The translations under genes and the position numbers were made by a program. Of a DNA stretch of 64,000 nt, positions 27,446-38,269 are shown in pieces. The first letter of the stretch is position 1. Each line of letters starts with the position of its first letter. This stretch comes from Puccinia triticina (lineage: Eukaryota). The stretch spans positions 124,001 to 188,000 of the forward strand of contig CP110440.1 of assembly GCA_026914245.1 (NCBI GenBank), written 5' to 3'. The notes under the pieces were generated by a model, which searched no databases, was not told the DNA's origin, and saw only the letters and a program-made list of their open reading frames with translations.

Positions 27446-29364
27446 TCATTGAGGAACATCTGGTTTTATTGACAGTGGTTTTGGACCCATTTTTATACCA
27501 TTGGTTGAAGATCTCAATCTTGTGAACAGAATAGATTCAGCTTGATTGACAGAAAAAGTAAATAGAGCATTAAATCAGTGTGTTATTCAAGAATTTTTCT
27601 TAGCTGATATAGTACTGACGTCTCCCAAATACCTCATATTTTCCCCCTTCTAGAACTAAACCTCCTTTGACAAGGTTTTCATTTTGAGGCCAAAAGAGGG
27701 AATAGTGTGCTGTATTGAATTTGGCTGCAAATGCTTCTTTTGGAGAAACACTGAAGCCAGTTTGATGGTACCGTGAAAAGGCAGAAAATACAACCCCTCT
27801 TACCCCACTGTGACTTGTTTTACCATATTTAATGCCATTAACAGTGATTGTATCAAGATATTGACCTATATTCTTCTCTGTGATCCTATGGTTTTCAAAA
27901 AAGGATGGATTTTTCCTGATGTAATCCACTATATCTGAGGCAACAAGCTGGTGCTTCCTTTGATCTTGATATTGGAGGTGAGCAAGTGCTCTGTAGACAT
28001 TGTTTTCATCATTTTTTATGAAATCCTGAGTTTTGTAGATATTGAATTCAGTGCCAACTTTCAGTGGAGACTTGTGGTTAGCTGATATTGGCCTGCGTTT
28101 TATTTTGACCACCATGTTATTCTCTTGCTTCATTAAGGCTTTGCTTTCAGAGGGAGTTTGAGTGAACAGTAAAGTTTGAGCTTGTTTCACATATATTAAA
28201 GAAGGAAAGGAAAAATAAGTTATTTACTTCAAGAATTATTAATTTGCATTATGAGATACTTATGCCTGCCAAATATCTGAAAATGTCCGTTTTCTACCAC
28301 TAATCCTCCTTTTTCAAGGCTCCTCTGATCACTCTGGCTAAGGGAATAGTGAAAAGCTTCATTTAAAGGGGCTTTGTTTTGTACAATACTAAAGCCCCAT
28401 TGATGATACCTTGAAAAGGCATCAAATATTGCACCTTTTCTTCCAGTGCTGCTGATCATTCCATAGGTAATGCCATTCACCTTAATTTTCTGAAGATATC
28501 CACCTGCATTCATATCTAGGATCCTATATTTTATAAAAAGATCTGGATTTTGTTTGATGTATTTTACTATATCTTTTGCAATGAGCTGATGCATCTCTTG
28601 GTTGTTGTATTTGAGGTGAGCCAGTGCTCTAAAGACATTGTTCTTATCTTTTTTGATGAAATTTTTGGTTTTAGAGAGATGATTTAAGTGAAATTTAGCC
28701 CGGTATTTTGCTGGTATAGTCTTTCTTTCCATTGTGACAGCTATTTTGCATTTTTTTTTCCAGCCAAAGAAATCACCATACAATATTTTTCAGAAGCAGT
28801 CATTTGAAGGGATTGTGTTAGAACTGATATGATGTGTGGTTTTCTCTTTAGAACATAAAGGATCGTTCTTGGAAACTTACCTTGAACCTTATCCTCTGAC
28901 TTCCTAAAGCCACCAAATATATTGGCAATCACTTCTGCCAGTTGTTTCAACTTGTTTTGCAGGGCTCTGAGTGCTTGAGTGAATATGTTTCGGGCTGTGT
29001 TCTTGGGTGCTTGTCCAGCGGGCTTGGAGGGTGGACCTTGAAGCACGTTTTCTTTGGGCTGTACACTTTCCACCTCTCTGCTGATTTGCTTTGGTTCCGG
29101 AATCACGGGCGGGGTGTCCGATTTCCGCAGATTTCCGGCCAAAAGCCCCGATTCTTGAACTTTAGCCCCTGCGGCGTGATTGATGTCGGAGGCTGCCGAA
29201 GCTGCCCTGGTACCAGCAGGTACATACATTCCTCGGATTGTCACTGCCGCAAGCATGAGCAATGTCAAGCACGACAGCAACGAACCTTTGAAAGATGTAG
29301 GATGGGAGGTGGTCACCGAAATACGATATGAAGCATAATTATAATGAAATTTTCGTGCTACCAT
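27446..29364 (-). CDS. Predicted secreted protein with two tandem OTU-like domains lacking the catalytic Cys (copy C); intron-2 donor mutated
   Basis: Exons 29364-28881, 28740-28264, 28180-27620, 27540-27446 (~538 aa if spliced like copy D). Leader LLSCLTLLMLAAVTIRG|MY; DKNNVFRALAH and DENNVYRALAH; donor at 28263 reads ATAAGT rather than GTAAGT. Confidence 0.75.
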
Positions 29365-30085
29365 TCTACTCTTCTCGCTGCTCCGTAAAGCCACATGTAA
29401 AATTGTAGCAAAGAGTCTTGGCACCGTTTACGGGAGGAGGGATTGGAGGGGTTGTTGGTGTTTGTAAAAAAGAGTGTAAATATCGATCGGGTTAGTCGTA
29501 GTCGCTGCACTCGACTCCAGATGTTATGTTCAGTTAAAAACCAGGGTCGATGATGTTCTCGGCAGAACAAGTCTCGGCGATGGCGATTTCAGGGTTGGCC
29601 GGGGCGGTCCACAGCTCGCCTCGGTTGTTGGGGGCCGAGGTTAACTATGATGTACGTGGTGAGCGGGTCTGGGCCGACCTTAACCAAGCCTCTCTGGAGG
29701 AGAGCCCCGCTCTGTCTCACAGAGATCTGTCTCACAGAGACGGAGGCTCGCGCTTCGCGCGAGGGGCGCCCGCCGAAGGCGGGGGCTGACTAAGTTCGGG
29801 TCTGGGCGGCAGCCCAGTCGTCTCCTTCAGCCAAACGCTGCACGCCCGCAACGGAGTCTGGGACTTAAATTGAGTCGAGCTTAACAAAGCCTCTCTGGAG
29901 GAGGGCCCCGCAGCGAACTTAACACAAGTCCCCTGCTGCGGGGTGCGGCAGCCAGTTGAATCCCCCGCGGGCAGCTTGACCCTCTGCGGTGGCTTGACCG
30001 CGGTGGCTTAGCGGCACTTTGGCGGCTTGACCGCAGTCTGTCAGCTCGACGTTGGCTGCAACAGTGGTGAGAGCTCAAAAAACAC

Positions 30086-30176
30086 ACTTGTCAGCCAGGT
30101 GATTTGAACCCACAACCTGCACCACATGTTTATGGCAGTAACCAGCCAGCTCTTACCGCAAGGGCTCATAACAGTA
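30086..30176 (-). mobile_element. tRNA-derived SINE-like fragment
   Basis: B-box-like GGTTCAAATC on the minus strand with an upstream A-box-like sequence; does not fold convincingly as a full tRNA. Confidence 0.3.
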
Positions 30177-30910
30177 CTACAGGCATGTAGCTGTTGCTGC
30201 GGTATGCAGTATCACCTTGTCATTGCAAGCCCGCATGACTGCGCAAGTAGGTGCAGTCACTGCGGCCGCGACCCCAAATGCAACTTCAGGTGATGCTGCA
30301 GGCTCCAACAACAGCTATTTGCCAGTAGTGTAACTTTATGATCATTTGAAAAGTTTTGGAGATTTATTCATACAATTTTCTAAATTAACCATGTGAATTC
30401 CATTTTTCTGACTTTTTTTTACATCATTTTTATAAATGATTTTTTTGGTGACATGTGTAGTCTCTTCTTGATATTCAAAGAGGCTTAGAAAAAGACATCA
30501 GAAACATTTTTTTCTTTTTCTAGCGTGATGCGGTCAAGCTGAAAGCATGACCGCGGGTAGGCCAATCGTGGAATCCTGCCAGTTTTTGACGTCTGGCAGC
30601 CCAATTTGGCAGGATTGTACATTTTTCTTTGTCTAGATGCGGTCAAGCCAACGGCATGACCGCAGGTAGGCTGATGTTGGAGCCTTGCCAGTTTTCAACG
30701 GTGGGCAGCCCAATCTGGCAGGATTGCACAGATCAAGTTATTCCTGACCAGTGCTCAACCGTGGCACAGCGTGGGGTCAAGCTGACAAGCGGCCACCCAA
30801 AAATTTTTGACCTGTGGTGTAGCTTGTTTTTCTTGCTTTGATTGCTCATGATTCAAACGTAGCTATTTAGTTCCAATGATTGATTACTATTCTGATATTG
30901 TTCTTGTTCA

Positions 30911-31030
30911 TAGTGAAATATGACTTGCAACTTCCTTGTCATTGTAGGATCTGAACTTGAGGGACAATCACCACGGCTTGAACTAGAAAGTGATCAGCAT
31001 ACCTAAGCCACCCGGAATCAAGTTTCTTTG
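30911..31030 (+). pseudogene. Degenerate PUS1 exon-3 fragment
   Basis: TGTAGGATCTGAAC..GACAATC..TCAGCATACCTAAGCCACCCGGAATC aligns to PUS1 19138-19260. Confidence 0.55.
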
Positions 31031-33038
31031 CAAAACTTTGTCTTGGCCTCATTAAGGATCCTCTGTATTCTCACCCTCCCCATCTTCCTCGGTGCCGTCG
31101 ATCCCTCGCGAGGCTATGGATGGACGCTGGACTATGTACAGCCAAGACTGGGGATCGCTTTGATTCCGTGTCAGGCATTGGGTGGGCCCGGGACATGCAG
31201 AGACTCGGAGTCGGCGGGTTCAGAAACAGATGTGCATTTGTCAAATTTGCGCGCCAGATTTACTTGGTATTCAAACTTAGCACAAGTCCCTCGCCTGCCG
31301 GGGGGCACGGCACGAATTGCCTTGCACAAAGTGCGACCTCCCGTCAGGGAGGGACTTGCATGGAATCCCTGATTCCTGGCGTGAGATCCCCGCGTACAGC
31401 TCTTTGTTTTTGCAGGTGGCCAACTTTGTGCCCTCCAAAAACCCACTTCTGTAAAGAACTGAATCCCTCCCCAGATGCCAAAGAAAGGCCTTCTCTCTTT
31501 AATTTGGCGGCAGTCATAGGTTGATAGCACTTGGTTCATGGCCTGGAGAGCGGTTTGAAAAAGGCCTCTTTTTGAGACGCATTCCTGCTGATTTAAGCAA
31601 GAATGCAGTATTCCACTGCCTTCCAATAGATTGAAACAGCTTTTGATACAAAGCCACATGTATTTACAAAAAAATTCTCTGAATATGGTCCGCTTTTCTC
31701 AGTGTTTGAAAACTTCAAACGCAAGGATCAGGCCTTATATCAGCAGCCACAAGGCCTAAATAATTAAATTGCATCAAAAGAAGAGCACTGCAGCCTCAAC
31801 GGGCTGACGGTTGATTTACCAAAAAGGAAAAAGTGAAAAAAGCTTGATACAGGCTGATAATCCTGGGCTGGGGCTCTCAGGCCAGATACAGGTTTTTGCA
31901 GGTAAGCCTCTCTGTGAGACAGAGAGCCTGCGGGGCTGCTTCACTGGGAGGCGTTGTTAAGCTTGCTTGGCATCCAGCCATCCAATCCTGCCTATGTATC
32001 TACTTGTCTCAAGCCCCTTACTACCCATTGACCAAGCACATTAACCAATTCCTGCAGTAAACAGAAAAAGAAGATCCCAAAGCAACCAGTAGAATAGTGA
32101 GGATATTCTTGCGCAAAGAATTTGGTTTTGAGTTTGTCTGAGCACTTCCAGAGTTTGTAGTTGAGTGCACATTAAGGATTCAATCAGTTGTGTGTGGTGT
32201 ACCTGGTTATTGTTGCTGTGGGGAGAAGGAATCAAGTAAGACACATGATTCACTAAAAATTTAATAATTGTTGGAGAGTAAAAAAAACTCACTTTCAATT
32301 ATTGCCCCCTTCATGAAATCTAATTGTGCGTGGTTTGAGTCTAATAGTGCCAGCAAGCCTATGGCTTTGGATATGGCCTCACAGTGTCAAGGTAAAGCGT
32401 GTCATCACCATTGAAGAACATTTTTGGCCCCGCTAGTGTAAGAGCAAGTGTTTCCAAAGACGGCTGGTTGGGTTGATCTTGATGCAGTGACTGAGGTGAC
32501 AATGGAGCGGCTGAGAATAGGGAGATGTGAGGGGTTTTTTTGGCAGGAGGAGTGATTCCTAAGTCATCCAGTAAGAAACAGTGGGTCTCAAGGAGTAAAC
32601 AGAAAAATTGTTGTGGAGGACACAGCGATGGATTCCAGTTTGGTGCGGTGGAGTCAATAGCAATGGCAGTGGCGTTGAGGCTGTGTCTATAAATACCAGG
32701 CGTGAGGAAATGTTATTTCCTCAGACAATTCCTTGGGCTGGCTTCCAGCCGGGGGGTTGTCTCACCCCTGCTGAGTGGACGCCCCCTGCAATGCACAACA
32801 AGCTTTTTTGCAGTGCGTGAAGTATGTATGTACATCTGTTTTTAATAGTGAAAATCAAGATTTTTCATATGATAATAAGTGATCTTATATGCTGATGAGT
32901 TGTATTGAAAAGAAGTATTTTTGGAGGCCAGAAAAGGAACCTAGATAAAGGTAAAATGTGATTGAGTTGTAGTTTGAGCTGATCATTAAACTTTTTTAGC
33001 TTTAGCTGGTCATCAGAGTATTGGAATTGAGTTATCAT

Positions 33039-34938
33039 TCACTGAGCAACCTCTGGCTTGATTGATGATGGTTTAGTACCCTTATGAATATGATTGGCTG
33101 AGGATCTCAATTGTGTGAATAGAATAGATCCAGCTTGATTGACATAAAAAAGGAAAACAAACACTAAATCAGCATGTTATTCAATAATTGATCTTAGATG
33201 ATATGACACTCACGTCTCCCAAATATCTCATAGTATCCATCCTCTAGAACCAATCCTCCATTGATGAAACTATTTGCTTCAGGCAGAAGGAGTCCATAGT
33301 GTAATGTTTTGTAAGCAGCTCCAAAATCTTCCTTTGGAGTAACACTTAATCCAGTTTGATGATATCGCCAGAATGCAGAAAATAGGACCCCCTCTGCCCC
33401 ATTGCGACTGATTCTTCCATAGGTGATGCCATCCACTTTTATTCTATCCACATATTTCGATTCATTATTCTTTGTGATCTTGTATCTTTTGAAAACCTCC
33501 GGATTTTTTTGGATGTAATCTAAGATATCTGCTTTCACAATCTGATGTTTTCCTTGATCTTGATATTGAAGGTGAGCAAGTGCTCTATAGACATTGTTTT
33601 CATCCTTCTTTATGAAATGTTGGGTTTGATGGATATTGAATTCAGTGCCAACTTTCAGTGGAAATGGAGACAAGTGCCCTTTTGATAATGCCTTGCGTTT
33701 CATTTTGACAACTGTGTTGATATCTTTCTTGCTTGAGGCTTTGGTTTCAGAGGGAGATTGAGTGAACAATCTAGATAGAGCTTGATTTGCAAGGAATGAA
33801 AATTAAGTTATTCATCTTGAGCATTAGATTTACATGAAAGGGTGCTTACGTCTCCCAAATATCTCATAGTGTCCCTTTTCTACAACCAAGCCTCCTCTAT
33901 CAAGGATATTCTTGTCCTTTAGGTCAAGGGAATAGTGCCAAGCATCTTTTACAGGGGTTTTCCTTTTTACAATACTAAAACCCAATTGATGATAATGTGA
34001 AAAGGCATCAAATATGACACCCTTTCTCCCATTGATGCCGATCATTCCATACTTAATGCCATTCACCTTTATAAATGTCTGGTAATTTCTTATATTTTTA
34101 TCTGTGATCACATGATGCTTGAAAAGATTTGGATTGTTTTTGATGTATTCTGCTATATCTTTTGCAATGAGCTGATGCTTCTCTTGATCATTGTATCTGA
34201 GGTGAGCAAGTGCTCTAAAGGCATTGTTTTCATCATTTTTGATGAAACCTTTGGTTGTAGAGAGATGGTTTAGGCTCTGAAGTTCAAATTGAGTCCGGTA
34301 TTTTTTTGGTATAGTCCTGCTACCTATTTCTTTTTATTTGTTGTCAAGCCGGAGAAGATAACACATAGTGTATTTCAGATTTTATTATTTGAACTTGAAG
34401 GGATGGTTTAAGAACTGAGATGGCATGCAAAGTTCGCCTGTAGAATAAGGATCAGTCTCGGAAACGTACCTCTAAAAAATATATTGGCAATCCATTCCAT
34501 CAGTTTGCTCCACTGCTCTTTCAGGGTTCCGAGTGCTTGAGTTAATCTGCCTGGGGTTTCTTTCTTTGGTATTTTTCCAGCGGGCTTGGAAGGTGGTCCT
34601 TGAAGGATATTTTCTTCGGGTCGTAGGATTCCTTCCTTTTGGCTGATTGGGTTTGGGCCTGGAAGCACCAAAGGGGTGTCTGTTTTCCTTAGATTTCCGG
34701 TCAAAAGCCCCTCTTCTTGGGCCTTAAGAGCGCCTGCGGCATGATTGATGTCGGAGCCTGCCGAAGCTGCCCTGGTGGTACTAGCCGGTCCAACATACAT
34801 TCCTTGGACTGTCACTGCCGCAAGCATGAGTAAAGTCAAGCACGGCAGCAATGAGCGTTCGGAAGATGTAGGATGGGAGGTGGTCATGATCGGAATACGA
34901 TATGAAGCATAATTATAATGAAATTTTCGTGCTGCCAT
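33039..34938 (-). CDS. Predicted secreted protein with two tandem OTU-like domains lacking the catalytic Cys (copy D), ~534 aa, apparently intact
   Basis: Exons 34938-34470, 34323-33850, 33780-33214, 33133-33039; all introns GT-AG phase 1 and the frame is open. Leader LLPCLTLLMLAAVTVQG|MY; DENNAFRALAH...GHYEIFGR and DENNVYRALAH...GYYEIFGR. Confidence 0.82.
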
Positions 34939-35524
34939 GTGACTTTCCTTGCTGAGCTCTATGCCAACAAGTAAGTTTGGGCAACGTTTACGGGAGGAGG
35001 GATAAAAGGGGTTGTTGGTGTTTGTATTGGGTTAGTTGTAGTCGTTGCTCGCTTGACTTTGATGATCCAGATGGGAGTGTTTTCAAACAGAATTATATGA
35101 TGGATGTCTCGCCACAAACTCCGGGCAATGGAGCACCGATGATGCTTGAAAGCTGTACATCCTCTCGGCAGAACAAGTCTCGGCGATTTCTGCATGAACC
35201 AATCCTCGGCCGAGGCGGTGGAGGGCGTTGCACAGCTCGACGCGGTTGTTGTGAGCGGGGAGGTCTGAGGGAGGCTTGGGCCACACTAAAGTCTACCCGG
35301 CCAGAGGCATGCTCGGAGTCGAGGGAAAAGAGCCTCATGGCTTGGCCGACACAGCAATCAACTTCCGAAACCACCTGACCGTGATCGATAACTAGAGCTT
35401 TCAGCTCCGACCGTAATCCAGCCAGAGTCGTGAAGTTGGAGTCAGTCTTGGTCGAAGGTTCAGCTTGTCGAGCCCGAACGGTAAACCTCAACACGGTAGG
35501 TTATGTAGTTTCACGAGAACCCTT

Positions 35525-35790
35525 TACATCCGAATCGTGGATCTCGATTACTTTTCACCTTCAGAGCTTCATCCTCCTTCACATGGTTTGATTTGCTTCC
35601 TTTGTTGGCGATTTTGATTCCTGCAGTTAATTGTAACTGTCGACTAACATCTCGATCCTTTTTTTTAGAGTGGAAGATGATTGGTCTGCTCCTCTTTGTA
35701 TGCAGGACTTGTACTTCAATGAAGATCGCTACCGGCCGAAGAAAGTCGCCATATCCAAGCCACCCGGGATCGAATGCATCCTGCGCAAAA
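35525..35790 (+). pseudogene. PUS1 fragment (end of exon 2, intron, start of exon 3)
   Basis: TGGATCTCGATTACTTT..CAGAGCTTCATCCTCC and GGAAGATGATTGGTCTGCTC..CCGAAGAAAGTC..CCCGGGATCG..ATCCTGCGCAA match PUS1 19015-19265, with the intron retained. Confidence 0.75.
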
Positions 35791-36449
35791 AACCGGTGAT
35801 CTTTGCAAAACTTGCCCGTCTGCCGATCCACCGTATATTCTCATCCTCCCCTTCCTCCTCGATAATGTCAATCTCTGGCGAGGCTATGCATGGACCCTGG
35901 ACTGTTTACGGCCAAGACTGGCGGTCGTCCCGATTCCGTGTCGGGCATCAGGTGAGGGCATCCAGAGACTCGGCGGGTCTAAAAGCAGATGTACATTTGT
36001 TAAGCTCGCGCGCCGGACTTGGTCCATCCGGTTCCACCTCTAACTGGTCCTCCGAAGCCGACCCGCTCGGTCTAGCCTGTCGCTAGCTCAGCGGAAGCAC
36101 ACACGAGCTATACAGCCCGATGTCTCCGCTGTCTAATTTAACCAAGTCCCTCCGAACTCCGCTGTCATCCTCAACTGAACTTTGTGACGATACGGGACAG
36201 AGGGGGTTCTTTGGGGTTTCTGCGGCGAAGCGTGTGAGGAGGAAAGCAGGCCAAACCTTCTTTGTCATTATAACATTAGGTTAACATATTAGGGGGGTTT
36301 ACGATTGGATTTTTGGTTGCTGGTGGCCCCATAAAATGTTGCTTGCTGGTGCACAATTTGGGCCATAAAATTACCACCAGAAATGGTAAAACTTTGCTGG
36401 TCATGCAACAGGGACCAGCAAAATTTTAGACTCACGAGTGAACAGACCA

Positions 36450-38045
36450 ATACCAGTCATCACCTGGAATGCATATGGTGTTGCAAGTGCGTCTGGCCAC
36501 TCACCAAAGTTTGGCCGAAAAAAGGCCAAGCGCGTGTGGCCAACCCTAAAGCCAGCTTGGCCGATCCCAAAGCGTGGGTGGCACACGTCCAACCCCCGCT
36601 TGGCACAGTCCAATGTTGGGGTGGTTTGGTATAAAGCCCCGCTGGGCCAAGTTCAAGCAAGGGTGCCACGCACGCCAAACGCTGTGCCGGCCATCAAGGA
36701 GAGAAGTTTCCCTCCTCGATGGTCGGTCTACAAACTGGTCATCGAGAAGGGAAGACTCTCTTCCTGATGATCAATACAAGTATTGACCACTGCAAAGGGA
36801 GTCTTTCCTCCCTGATGACCAGCCTACAGACCGGCCATCGAGAAGGAAAAGCTCCCTTGTTGATGTCCAATGTGCGATGTCGAGAAGGGAGAACGTTTCC
36901 CCTCCTTGAGGGCACATTGTTCTTGCCTTTTGAGGCAGAGACAAGGGCCGGCGTCTGATGACCGGCGTGTTGCATGCCAAGTCACAGATCCCATCGGCCC
37001 AGAGCTTGATCTTGGCCAAGCGGGCCGCGCAACCTGCCCAATCAAGCCCGCTGGGCACATACCCAACCCCCGGAGGCACTGGGCCAAGCGGGAGTTGGGT
37101 AAGTGCACAGACGCCCTTGCAACACCATACCTCCATCTGATGGCCGGTGATCAACACGGGTCATTGGGTTGAGTACACACTCAACTCTTCCCCAACACCG
37201 GTGATTGGACACAGGCACACACCCCACTCCACTCAATGACCAACCCAGTCATCAAGTGGATACACACTCCACTCAATGACCAATTACCCGGTCATTGAGT
37301 GCATACACACTCCACTTGATGGCCGGACCGGGTCATTGAGTGGGTACAGTGTACACACTCCACTCGATGACCCAATCGTGTCATCCGTACCAACTCGATG
37401 GCTGGACCGGCTCATTGAGTGGACACATACACTCCACTTGATGGCCGGACCGGGTCATCAAGTGGATACACCTCCACTCAATGACCAACCCGGTCATTGA
37501 GTGGATAACTACTCCACCAATGGCCGGATCGGTCATCAAGTGGACATATACACTCCACTCGATGACCCCGTCTGGTCATTGAGTGGATAACTACTCCACT
37601 TGATGACCCAATCCGGCCATTGAGTGATCAAGTGGATAACTGCTCCACTTGATGACCTGATCTGGCCATTGAGTGGATAACTGCTCCACTCGCTGACCTG
37701 ATCCGGCAATCAAGTGGATAACTACTCCACTTGATGATCCGGTCTGGCCATTGAGTGGGTAACTACTCCACTCAATGACCCGGTCTGGCCATTGATTGGA
37801 GTAGTTATCCACTTGATGGCCAATCCGGTCATCGGTGGAGTAATCCACTCAATGACCCGGTCTGGCCATCAAGTGGATAACTACTCCACTCAATGACCCG
37901 GTCTGACCATCGAGTGGAGTAGTTATCCACTTGATGGCTGATCCGGTCATTGGTGGAGTAATCCACTCAATGGCCGGATCAGGTCATTGCGTGGAGTTTA
38001 TGTGTCCACTTGATGATTTGGTCCGGCCATTGAGTTGGTACGGAT
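36450..38045. repeat. MITE-like inverted repeat plus GATGACCGG/CCACTCAATGACC subrepeat array
   Basis: ATGGTGTTGCAAG..GCGTCTG (36474) is inverted at ~37105-37130; ~37-bp palindromic units 37150-38040. Confidence 0.65.
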
Positions 38046-38269
38046 GACTGTGAAGCCCCCCTCAACAACGGGGCTCCACACAAAGGGCCACGGGATTACG
38101 TGACCCCCACGCGCCATGATACTTAGTCTCAGCTCTTCACTCCCTAGTCCGGCAGAGAGTTCCTCCTCTCTCCCGGCTAGGTAAGCTCGATCTTGTTCCT
38201 TTTATCATTTCCCTTCCTTTGGTATTTAGAACTGATGAGAGAGTTCCTCCTCTCTCCCGGCTAGTCGTG

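Noticed and set aside
35083..35494. Possible gene relic upstream of copy D (AMRLFSLDSEHASGRVDFSVA)
   Set aside because: Could not be assigned to any family with confidence; frameshifted and only partly shared with 29550-29640
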